Of a DNA stretch of 32,175 nt, positions 9,798 through 19,300 are shown in pieces. The position numbers and the translations under genes were made by a program. The stretch's first letter is position 1, and every line of letters starts with the position of its first letter. The notes beneath the pieces are model-generated. The model had not been told where the DNA came from, did not search any database, and was given only the letters and a program-made list of their open reading frames with translations. Source of the DNA: Chloroflexota bacterium (GTDB lineage Bacteria > Chloroflexota > Anaerolineae > JACRMK01); assembly GCA_016200765.1 (NCBI GenBank), contig JACQEC010000097.1:1-32175 (forward strand). The letters run 5' to 3'.

Positions 9798-11777
9798 TTA
9801 CTCGTAAGCATCCTCGCGCTTCCACTGATAAGGCTCTCCCTTCGCGGCCGCCCCACCAACCTCGCGCTTTTCCAGCACGTAGGCGGCCGTCTCCACCATG
9901 GCCGTATCCAGCACGCCGTAGCCCAGGTCGGCGACGACGTGGATGTGCGTGCGCGGGATCAATAACTCCTCGCGCCAGGCGCGAAACGAGGTCAGGAAAA
10001 ATCCGGTGCGGCTGGTGATGGCGCCGAGGAGGCCGCGCTCGCGCAGCAACTCAAGCCCGCGCTCGACGAAAGCCGCATACAGATCGTTCTTGGTGCGCGG
10101 GTAGTTGGCGTCAATATACGCCTTCGACCCCTTGCTCGCCGCGCCAAAGGGTGGGTTCATCCACACGATGTCGAACGGCTCGAGCAGCAGCTCCAAGAAA
10201 GCGAAGCCGCCCTCCGCATCATTCGCAAACAGCCGCCGGCGCACCGGGTGATCCTGTTCCGCGTGCGCGGCCAGGCGCCGCAGCGCTTCGAGCGCGCCCG
10301 GTTTGAAGCGTTCCTGCCAGAACTCGTAGTCCGTGACGAACGCCAGATCCAAATCCAGCTGTTTCGCCGGCGGGACAGCCGGTTCAAAGAGCTGGGCTTG
10401 CTCGTACTGGGACAAGTTCTGCCAGGCGCGCTCGACCTGCTTCGCCTCCTGTTCAAACGTCTGCTCGATCTTCAGGAGCGAGCCGATCTCGTCGGCTTGA
10501 TGCATCGCCTGCCACATCGCGCGCACGAGGTCGCCGGTGGCGGGGTTGGCGAGCGAAGCGATAAACTCGTCCAACAAGTCGTCCTCGGCCGGCATCGGCT
10601 CGGCCACAACCAGGTTCACCCGCCGGATGATAGGCCGCTGGGCAACCTTCAGGCCCGCCTGCTGGTACGCGCGCTGAGCGCGCAACCAGAGCGCCAGCGC
10701 CCCAATCTGCGCGGCGCGGCGGTCAATCTCGATGCCATGCAGATTGTGCTCCAGAATCAGCGCGGGGATAGCGCGCCGATACTCGGCCAGCGTCGGAAAT
10801 TCTTGCTGGAGCGCCGGCCCCAGGTCGGCGTCCGCGTAGGCTTCCTCGTAGATAACCTCAAATAGGTCATAGCCGTAGAGCAGAAAATGACCACTGCCCG
10901 AGGCCGGGTCGAGTGCGCGCAGCGTGCGTGGATCGCGTTTCGGGCGCGGCGGAATCGGCTGGCCCGGCATACGCACCAGATAGCGGCAGCGCTCCGTCAA
11001 CGCGGTATCGCCTTGACGCATCTCCCACCAGAGTCGCCCGAGCGTGTTATCCACGAGGAATTCGACGACGTAGCGCGGTGTGTAGAACTGGTTGCGGAAG
11101 GCCAGCTCGTAGCTGTTGCGCGGCGCCGCGCTCTCTTTGCGCGCCTGGTCGCGTAGTTCCTTGGGCGTGAAGAACTGGTAAATCCAGCCGATGGTTTCGT
11201 CCTGGCGCCAGGTCTCGGCGAGCGCGTCTTGGTTCAACTGATCGAGCGCCTGCTGTAAGGTGGCCGTGCCCGGGAAAAGAAGCGACTGCGGCAACGAGCG
11301 ATCGAACAGCACGCCGAGCAACCGCGAGAGGTCATCGTACAACAGCTCAAGGTACATTCGGTAGCCGCCATCGGGTTGAGCGCGTATCAACTCGGGGGAG
11401 ACGAGCGCGAATTGGGTGAAGCCCTTGGAGTGCGCACCCTCGCCGATCGAGGGTTGAATCAACTGGCGCTCGGGCTGCTCCATCAGCTTGAGCGCCGCCA
11501 GCCGATTGAGCGCGGTGAACGCGCTCTCACGCACGAAACGCGCAATGGCTTCAGCCGGTTTCGCTCCCTGTGCCTGATAGTGCTTGAGGGCGTCCTCGAT
11601 GGAGCGGCGCTCGGCCCGACCGGCCGCATCGAGATGGGCCAGCCGGTCCAAAGGCTCGATCTGGCCGTCAAGGTGAACGCCATAGGTAGCCTCGAGCTGG
11701 CGCCCGAGATCTTCCTCCAGCCATCGGCGGCAGGCCGCCATAGCCAGACGCAAAGCGTTCCGCAAGGGACTATCCAT
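9798..11777 (-). CDS. PglX-like adenine DNA methyltransferase #2, N-terminal catalytic half
   Basis: QFYTPRYVV, motif I LDPASGSGHFL, LHGIEID, motif IV MNPPF and NDLYAAFVERG. Ends shortly after VETAAYVLEK with no TRD. Start ATG 11777 overlaps the HEPN stop by 8 bp. Confidence 0.88.
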   Translation of the reverse strand: MDSPLRNALRLAMAACRRWLEEDLGRQLEATYGVHLDGQIEPLDRLAHLDAAGRAERRSIEDALKHYQAQGAKPAEAIARFVRESAFTALNRLAALKLMEQPERQLIQPSIGEGAHSKGFTQFALVSPELIRAQPDGGYRMYLELLYDDLSRLLGVLFDRSLPQSLLFPGTATLQQALDQLNQDALAETWRQDETIGWIYQFFTPKELRDQARKESAAPRNSYELAFRNQFYTPRYVVEFLVDNTLGRLWWEMRQGDTALTERCRYLVRMPGQPIPPRPKRDPRTLRALDPASGSGHFLLYGYDLFEVIYEEAYADADLGPALQQEFPTLAEYRRAIPALILEHNLHGIEIDRRAAQIGALALWLRAQRAYQQAGLKVAQRPIIRRVNLVVAEPMPAEDDLLDEFIASLANPATGDLVRAMWQAMHQADEIGSLLKIEQTFEQEAKQVERAWQNLSQYEQAQLFEPAVPPAKQLDLDLAFVTDYEFWQERFKPGALEALRRLAAHAEQDHPVRRRLFANDAEGGFAFLELLLEPFDIVWMNPPFGAASKGSKAYIDANYPRTKNDLYAAFVERGLELLRERGLLGAITSRTGFFLTSFRAWREELLIPRTHIHVVADLGYGVLDTAMVETAAYVLEKREVGGAAAKGEPYQWKREDAYE

Positions 11778-12597
11778 GGGCCGCGTTCGCCTCGACTTGT
11801 GCGGCGTATGCTTTGATGCGTTCGACAACCAATTCGTCGAGCGCCAGGCAAATATGGCGTATCGTGTCAACCGACTGCTTGGCCGCCGCAAACGTAATCG
11901 CTTGCGGCTCGCCGTCCGGGTTGTCCTGCGGCCGGTCGGCTCGGTGCACGATGTCGTTGCGGCGTGTCACCGTCCGATCGAGCGTGTCCATGATCTCTCT
12001 TCTCTCGGCGTTCATCCCCAGGTGGGTAACGATTTGCTCCCACGGCTTCTCGAGCCCATGCAGCCGCCCCACTACCGCTACGCCTTTGCGCGTGCTTAGA
12101 TACTTGAAATTCGTCAGGCTCAAGATCCGGGTCGAAATATAGTCGGCGGCGCTGGCGTCTTTGATCAGCCGCAGCGTCTCATCCAGTGTGAAGGTCAGAT
12201 CCTTGAAATAGTCAACCACCGTGGGGTCGTTGGTCGGTATGAAATCGCGTCCGACCGCGCGGATGATGATCGGCAGGTTCGCCCGCAGCAGGGCCGGCAG
12301 GAACGTGTCCAGCGCCGTACACGCCATCACGATCGACTGCCGCAGCAAGTGCGCCAGCGTGGCGCGCCGCAGCGTCGAGCGCGCCATCTGCGCGCGCTCG
12401 CGCACCAGTCCCAGAAACAGCTCGTTGGTCACGACCATCAGGTCTTCTTCGCGCGTGGCGTGCACCAGCAGACGCAGGGCGCCGACCATCTCGCCTTCGG
12501 TCAAAATCTGATCGTCCGCGTCCAGCAAGCGGTAAATCTGCAAGAGCAGTTCGGCAGGCCGAATATTGTCTTCGAAGATTTGGCGCGGGTTAGACAT
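11770..12597 (-). CDS. HEPN-domain protein (putative RNase toxin; RiboL-PSP/Cthe_2314-like)
   Basis: Helical-looking 275-aa protein with LLRQSIVMACTALDTF and the RxxxxH motif RRNDIVH. Tightly coupled between brxC (4-bp gap) and pglX#2 (8-bp overlap). Confidence 0.75.
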   Translation of the reverse strand: MSNPRQIFEDNIRPAELLLQIYRLLDADDQILTEGEMVGALRLLVHATREEDLMVVTNELFLGLVRERAQMARSTLRRATLAHLLRQSIVMACTALDTFLPALLRANLPIIIRAVGRDFIPTNDPTVVDYFKDLTFTLDETLRLIKDASAADYISTRILSLTNFKYLSTRKGVAVVGRLHGLEKPWEQIVTHLGMNAERREIMDTLDRTVTRRNDIVHRADRPQDNPDGEPQAITFAAAKQSVDTIRHICLALDELVVERIKAYAAQVEANAAHG

Positions 12598-12601
12598 AGG
12601 G

Positions 12602-15600
12602 CTACTCCAGGACGATCTTGGCGCCTGATTCCAACAACTTGAGCAGGTGATCGCGCAAGCGGTTTAGCAGCTCCTCAACCTCCTGCGGCGTGCTAAGCGC
12701 CTGGTATGAACTCACGACTTCGGCCATGCGCACGCGCTTGATTTTCTGCTCCGGCTGCAAGAGCTCTTGCATGGCGTGGATAACCCGTTCCCGTAGTGCT
12801 GGCATAGCGTCGAGATCCGACTCCATCTCGGGCAGGGTCGCGCGGCAGTGACCGCAGGCCAGCGCGCCAGCCGGTAGCTCTAGTTGATCACAGGCGCGTG
12901 CTTGCAAGGGCGCGAGCAGAGGGTCTTGCATCGTCTCTGGAACCGACGCCCAGTCGGGCAGGCCTTTGACGAACTCGATGGCCCGAGTGTACGCTTCGGC
13001 GCGTGTCTGGTGACCAGCGCGATAGAGCGCTGTGTACGCGGCTTCGACGTCGCCTGCGATCGCATCGATCTGCGCCGCTTCGCGGTAGAGCGCTAGCGAC
13101 TGCAAGGTCTCGTCAAGGCTCTTCATCTGCGCTTGCAGCGTAGCATCTGCGGCCCGCTCGGCCAACACGGGCCAAAGCTGGTTGAGCGCGGTGCGCGCGC
13201 GCTGCAAGCGCCGCAGCCCGGCCGGATCGGTCGCCTTGCGAATTTCCTGCGTCTGTTGGCGCAACTGCTTAAAGGTTTCGCCCTCGCCAGCCAGAATGTT
13301 GACGACGTCATCTGATGGGCTTTGGATAATCGTGTTGAGCTGCGAGCGATACTCGGCCAGAAGATCAGCGCCCGGCAGGTCATTCGCCGCCGCTTTGGCG
13401 ATAACCTCCAGCAGGGCTTCGCGCTCGGCGGAGGCCAGCTTCTGGAACCCCTGCGCGATCGCGTTCTCGTCAACATCCACCTCTTCGCCGGTCAGCGCTT
13501 CGTAGCGCTTGGCCGCGCCGACGAGCGTCTGCAGGTCGGGGGCCTTGCGCGGAGCAAAGGATGCCGCGCGAAAGGCATTGGCGCCGGTGAAGACCGGCCG
13601 AACTTGAGGGTCCAGATGATGACGGAAGCGCCGGCCCTGGTAGGTGACTTCGATCGTGCCTTTGCGCAGTAGGCTGGCGAGCACGATCCAGACCGTCTCT
13701 GGCTCCCAGCCGTACGGTATGGCGCGGAAGTGGTCTTCGAGCATGCGCCCGGTCACCTTGTTGCCGTACGAGTGCTCGCGTTGCACATAGGCGACGATCT
13801 CTTTTGCGATCGGCGCGTTATCGTTGATGATGAATTTGCCGCGGTCCTGAATGACCAAACCCAGGCCCTCGTCGCCAGCATAGAAGACTTTGGCGAGGCC
13901 GTTCAGGTTGGCCGCCTTGAGAATCTCTTCGGCCTCATCGCCCTTGATTGGACGCGCGCCCAATTCAAGTTGTGGGTAGAGCTGGGGCATGGCAAAATCA
14001 AACAGGGCATGGAAAATCTCCGACACCATCTTGCCAAGTTGAGCGCCCTCTCGGGGCGCACCGCCCAAAAAGCCGGTGCCCCGCGCGAGCTGATCTAACA
14101 GCAGGTTTTTCAGCCGCTCTTCGTGCCGGAGCACGGCCTGCTTCTCCGCCGCCAGACTGGCGGCCTCCTCGTCCGAGTGCAGCTTGCCCTGCGCGCGCAT
14201 CTGGTCGTATTTGGCCGCCATCTGTTTGGAGCGATAAACTTCTGCTAGCAGTTCGTCAATATCGTCTGTCAGGGCAAAGACCCAAAATAGGCGCGCCGGC
14301 GCTTGCCGGCTCTCATTCTGTGTCGCTTGGCACTCGGCGGCAAAGCCAGCGGGGCTATCGCTTAGCTTCAGCTCGAGCGGAATCTGCGCTTTGTTCGAGG
14401 TAATGTTGCGGCCTTGCCAAATGACGTTCAGAGCAAACGTGCGTCGCTTGTAGAGGTGACGGCTCAACGCAGGCTCTTGGAAGATACCCGCCAGCGCCCC
14501 TTCCATGAGATCGTTGCGCTCTCTTAACGAGGGGCTAAGGCTATTGCGCTCGGTCGTCCAGGTCTTCTCCTGCGCCGTCAGCAGTTTCCAGCCGTCCTCC
14601 GTCTGCCGGATGAACTGCCGCTTTTCGAGTTGTTGGATGGCTTGCTCAACCTCGGCCAGGGGTGATTTGGCATCCACGGCGTCGTAGAGCAGGACCGCAA
14701 TGTTGCGCTCGCTGCGCGGCAGGCCGCGCGTGTACTCCATCAGGCTGATGGCTTTGGCCGTGCGCACGACCCACGGTTCGCCCGAGAATATCTCCTGGAT
14801 CTCGTTCAGGTCGCGCTGGCGCTCGGAGGGTAGATTGGTATAGAGCAGGTCGTAAATGCGATCGAGGGTGACGAGCGTCCCGATGGGCGCTTCGGCAAGC
14901 CTGGTTTGTTTACTGACCAGCATTTCGTAGGCCTGCTTGATGATGGTGCGACTGCTGCCGCCGAAATGGCGGGGCGCGCCCGGCTGGAGGCGCAAGCCCG
15001 AGACAATATCAATCGAGAGTTCGATGAAGTGCGGCAGATAGGGATAGAACTGGACGAATTCGTCCGCGTTGAGATCGAAGCGAACCTTGTCCGAGCGTTC
15101 GGCCTGGATGTGGGTGCGGAGCTGGGCCCCCGACGTTCGGTAGAGTTCACGCAGCAGCGCTTCGGCCTCGGGCTTCTTGGGGAGCACGCGCTTGGTCGCG
15201 ACCTCACGAATATCACTGGGCACCATGTCAATATGGTGACGGAAACGGTCTTGCAGTCGCGCGAGCTCTACGCGCTTATCGCGGATGGCGGCGACGACCT
15301 CGTCGAGTTTTTCCTGGGACGTGACGACAATCCAGACCGGCGCCACCGCCCGGCGCGCTTCGACGCGGTTCTTGCCCTCCTTGCCGAACTGCTCGACGAT
15401 GGCGCGCAGATTTTCGATTTTTTCGGCGCTGCGCGCGACATATTGGCCGACCTCGTCAATCACGAACATCATGGTGCGGCCGGGATAGCGGCGCGCCGCC
15501 AGCTCAAACGTCCGCTGTACCAGATAGCGGACGTTGATATCGGCGGGGTTGGTAATCGTCTGCGCCCACGACTCGGGCCGCGGGTACGTCTTGGGGTCAA

Positions 15601-16333
15601 TCTCATGCAAGGTGGCGCTGGCGCGCTGGATCTTCTGCGCGCCTTTGCGGACGCGCTGCCAGGTGCGATACGCATCGGGCGGCACTTCCTTCAGCGTGAC
15701 AGGCACCCCGGCGTCGCTTTCGCCGTCGCCCGAGACCTGGCCGCCGAAGAGCCTGGCGCACGCCTGCACGAAGGCGCCCAGCCGTCCCTCGGATTCCAAC
15801 TCGATCTCGAGCGCAGCTACGTCGTAGTCCTGTGCGTAGTCCAACTCGCGCAGGAGCACGCTGTACATGATCTCGGCCAGCGATTCGTTGGCGCGGCGCA
15901 CGGCCCGGTCAACCTGCACGTCGAACATGATGACCTGCGCGGGAATGAGTTTGTTGATGAAATCCAGATGGTTGGCGATGCCCTCGACCAGCGGGTCATG
16001 CGGCGACTGCCGGCGAAGTTGCTCGATGAACAGCGCGGCCGCCGGTTTGGCGCGCAGTGTCGGGTTGGCGACGATATATCCGAAGTTCTTGGCAAACGAC
16101 GACTTGCCGGAGCCGAAGAAGCCCGAGACCCAGACGCCCACCGCCTCGGTCGGCTCCCCTTGGCTGTCGGCGATTGCCGTGAGGAGTTCGAGGTACTGCT
16201 CTTTGATATTCTTCGTCGCGACGTACTCGACGATTTCGCCGTAGACCGTCTGCTCGTCCCGCTGGTCGAGCTTGATGACTTCCTCGATCGGTTGCGAGAG
16301 GTCACGGGCTATCAGGTCGCCAATCGTTTTCAT
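12602..16333 (-). CDS. brxC: BREX P-loop ATPase BrxC
   Basis: RDLSQPIEEVIK start, Walker A GVWVSGFFGSGKS, Walker B FVIDEVGQY, VTSQE, LQDRF, FYPYLP and PYGW. Start set at ATG 16333 (MKTIGDL) with GGAG SD 5 nt upstream. Confidence 0.95.
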   Translation of the reverse strand: MKTIGDLIARDLSQPIEEVIKLDQRDEQTVYGEIVEYVATKNIKEQYLELLTAIADSQGEPTEAVGVWVSGFFGSGKSSFAKNFGYIVANPTLRAKPAAALFIEQLRRQSPHDPLVEGIANHLDFINKLIPAQVIMFDVQVDRAVRRANESLAEIMYSVLLRELDYAQDYDVAALEIELESEGRLGAFVQACARLFGGQVSGDGESDAGVPVTLKEVPPDAYRTWQRVRKGAQKIQRASATLHEIDPKTYPRPESWAQTITNPADINVRYLVQRTFELAARRYPGRTMMFVIDEVGQYVARSAEKIENLRAIVEQFGKEGKNRVEARRAVAPVWIVVTSQEKLDEVVAAIRDKRVELARLQDRFRHHIDMVPSDIREVATKRVLPKKPEAEALLRELYRTSGAQLRTHIQAERSDKVRFDLNADEFVQFYPYLPHFIELSIDIVSGLRLQPGAPRHFGGSSRTIIKQAYEMLVSKQTRLAEAPIGTLVTLDRIYDLLYTNLPSERQRDLNEIQEIFSGEPWVVRTAKAISLMEYTRGLPRSERNIAVLLYDAVDAKSPLAEVEQAIQQLEKRQFIRQTEDGWKLLTAQEKTWTTERNSLSPSLRERNDLMEGALAGIFQEPALSRHLYKRRTFALNVIWQGRNITSNKAQIPLELKLSDSPAGFAAECQATQNESRQAPARLFWVFALTDDIDELLAEVYRSKQMAAKYDQMRAQGKLHSDEEAASLAAEKQAVLRHEERLKNLLLDQLARGTGFLGGAPREGAQLGKMVSEIFHALFDFAMPQLYPQLELGARPIKGDEAEEILKAANLNGLAKVFYAGDEGLGLVIQDRGKFIINDNAPIAKEIVAYVQREHSYGNKVTGRMLEDHFRAIPYGWEPETVWIVLASLLRKGTIEVTYQGRRFRHHLDPQVRPVFTGANAFRAASFAPRKAPDLQTLVGAAKRYEALTGEEVDVDENAIAQGFQKLASAEREALLEVIAKAAANDLPGADLLAEYRSQLNTIIQSPSDDVVNILAGEGETFKQLRQQTQEIRKATDPAGLRRLQRARTALNQLWPVLAERAADATLQAQMKSLDETLQSLALYREAAQIDAIAGDVEAAYTALYRAGHQTRAEAYTRAIEFVKGLPDWASVPETMQDPLLAPLQARACDQLELPAGALACGHCRATLPEMESDLDAMPALRERVIHAMQELLQPEQKIKRVRMAEVVSSYQALSTPQEVEELLNRLRDHLLKLLESGAKIVLE

Positions 16334-16350
16334 AGGGGCTCCGGGCATCA

Positions 16351-19300
16351 TCAGTCTCCCTGATAAACGTCTTCGAGGCCGTGTGCGATGGCAAAGGATT
16401 TGTTCGTCCGACACGCCTTGCGCACCCGGTCGGGCCAATAGTGCATGGCGATGTGACTCCAGTCCAACTCGCCGTTCTTCAGCTTCTCCCAGCACTTCTT
16501 CGGCTCGCTCCCCCACAGCGGGATGACCGTCTGCAGGGGCGCCAGGCGCACGATCACGCCGTCGTCAATCCAGTTTGGCGCGGGCTCGTAGCCGCCGCTG
16601 GTGATGGCTTCGAGCGCCTTGGCGAACTCGGCCAGTTCGGCGGCCAACTCCCGTAAAGCGCCCATCTGCCGTTCGATGTCCCGGCGTTGTTTGCCCGCTG
16701 CGGCGCGCGCGACCTCGGCATCGGCCAGGGCCAATTCGACCGCGCGGCGCTTGGTGTCGAGGTACGGCTCGCGTTGCAGGGCGTAGAACGTGTCTTTGGT
16801 GATGCGTTCGTGGAAGAGGACGAAGCCATAGCGGCGACCGTTGCTCTGGATGGGCCAATAGACCGGGCGCTTGCGGTACCACGGGATATGCCAGCGCGTG
16901 AAGAAGTCTCGTGCAAGAAAATGGCGCAGGTCGCCGTTTGCGCCCAGGCGGATGACTTCCTGTGCCGCATCCGCGCCGAGCATCAGATCGAGCGCCTTGC
17001 CCGCCAGCGTCGTCAGGTCGCGCGGGTGGTGCTCATCAAGCACGGTGATGCCATCCGGCACCGCCAGTTGCTGCAGGGCCTTTTCCACGTTTGCCGCGAA
17101 CAGGTGCCGGCCGTCCTGTGCGTCTACATAGGCGAACTGATCTTTCGACCCGACCAATTCATCGAACTCGCCCTCCGCAGGCATGGGCAGCGAGCCGATG
17201 GCAAAGTCTTCGCGGCGGTAGATGGCCGAGCCGAGATCGCCCGCCACCCCCGGCCGGAAGCGCCCGAGCACCACGCCGACGGCGTACGAGATCCAGCGCA
17301 CGGCAAGGTCTTCGCGGGTCAACGACTCCGCTATATCATCGTCATTGCCGCCGGCTTCATCCATATCTGCCAAAGTCTCGTCCGCGGTCGCGTTTGCGGC
17401 ACCATTTAATTCCGCTTCAATCGCTATGCGCTCTTGATTAGCAATCTTGTAAAGCTGATAAACATCCTCGTCGATCTGCGCCTCGATATCCTTGGATTGC
17501 AGTCGCATGGCCTGTACTCTCTCAAGACCGGTTTGCCAGCTTAGCGGGACAACGAAGTCATAAGTCAATTCCGATGTCGTAGACGTTACCTTTGCCAAGG
17601 AGGTTGCCAGGCCGACCAATCCACTCAATCGTCTGTCGGAGACGGCAGGTATGGGAACCCTAGCGATATCACCAACCTGAAAGTTTACGGTCGGGTTTAT
17701 CAACTTGAGAGCGTACGCAGCGAATGAGGAATTCATAACTCCCAACACCAACGCCAAGTCCCGTGGAAACAGAGTTGAACCCGCAACATCAAAAATGAAG
17801 CCACCCGGCGAAATGCGGGAAGTAGAAGTCCCGGACGTAAGGTAGGAATATGTCACACCTTCACGGAAGTAAAAGTCGACCGATTTGATGATTCGTGACC
17901 AACCAGAGTTACCGTAGAGAGGGGCGGCCCATGCCTTGAGTTCACGTCCGTCCCGCCGATAATTGATCACATAATCTTGGTTCCCAAACCATCTCTTAAA
18001 CGCTCCACCTTTCATATACGGGAACCAGCGCATGCCGCGGTTACTAGCCTCGCTGGTTGTCTTACATCCAAACGCAATCATCTTGCGGCCAACTTCCCAC
18101 CAAAAACGGAGAAACCTGAAATTGTCAGCGGTCGCCAATCCTTGGCGAGGCGGAGCAACGGTCGCCAGTCCCGGCAGCTCCTTGAAGAGCGCGCGAATGG
18201 AATCGCTCACCCAATACACCCATGGACTACCCGGAATGGCATCAAAGGCCGACTGCGCGACACGGTATATGAGGCGATGAGTTGCGCCTGCCTGCAGCGC
18301 CGCCACGGCCTGCTCGAACACAGTACGCTTGGCGTCCGAATCGGGCTCGTGCACGAGACGAAAGTAGGTGCCGATGCTGGCTTGGCGGCGCGACGTGTCA
18401 GGCTCGCGGCGCATGGCGAAGATCGTCGTGTTGACCTTCTCGCCGGATATCTCTGCAAACGCGCGCGGACCCACATGAGCCATAGACTCAATGGCGAACT
18501 CTTGCAACAGCCCCTTGCGCAAGCCTTCATACGACGAGATAAACATGAACGACTGTTGCGTGATCATCCCGACCCGCCCACGCTCGCCGGCAAACTCACC
18601 GCAGCGTTGGATGAACGCCGCATACAAGTCACCCTTTGCTTCGGGGTAGGCATCCGCCACGAAGTCCGCCAGCGTCTCGTTCATGTTCCGGCGGCTCATG
18701 TAGGGTGGATTGGCTACCACGCAGTCGTAGCGGCGCAGCATCAGGTTCAGCACACGCAACCCTTTCGCGGCCTCGCGCACAAAATAGCGCTCGTCGCTCC
18801 CCTGCACAGCGTGCGACCGCGCGAATGCGTCCAGCGCCTGCACAAGCTGTGCCGCCAGCAGGTCCCAGTACCCCGCCTGCGCCGCCTCGCGCTCAAATAG
18901 CGCCGCGGCTCTGCCAAACAGATCCAGCTGCCGCCCTTCCTGCTCGAAGCGCTTCTCCTCGTCGGCAATCAACGCGCCAATCTCCGATTCGAGCCGCAGT
19001 AGCGACCCCAGTTGCGCGCTATCCTCCAGCCGCGCCCATAGCGCCCGCAGCAGTCGTTCGTAGATCGGCCGGCTGAACTTCATCTCGCGAATGAACGCAT
19101 TGAGCCGTGTCCCGTTGAGCGTCAACACGTCTGCGCAAGCCAAGTTGTGATCGCTGATCTCGGCAGCCTTATTGAGGCTTTTCGCCTTCAGGTAGAGCGT
19201 AAGCGCCGATAGTTGAACCGCGCGCAGGTCAATGTCGATCCCGAACAGGTTGTGTTTGATGATTGCCGCGGGGATCTCCGCTTCAGAAAGAACCGAGGGT

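Noticed and set aside
11778-11891. N-terminal extension of pglX2-N (697 aa)
   Set aside because: Lies inside the HEPN gene. ATG 11777 gives a normal coupled start that aligns with pglX1.
14906-16363. 485-aa plus-strand ORF and other long antisense ORFs (e.g. 19819-20916, 24607-25752, 26170-27402)
   Set aside because: Shadow ORFs opposite well-supported genes in high-GC DNA, with no recognisable motifs.
16334-16516. N-terminal extension of brxC in the ORF track (1304 aa)
   Set aside because: Overlaps the pglX1 3' end. The SD and the BrxC-like N-terminus begin at ATG 16333.
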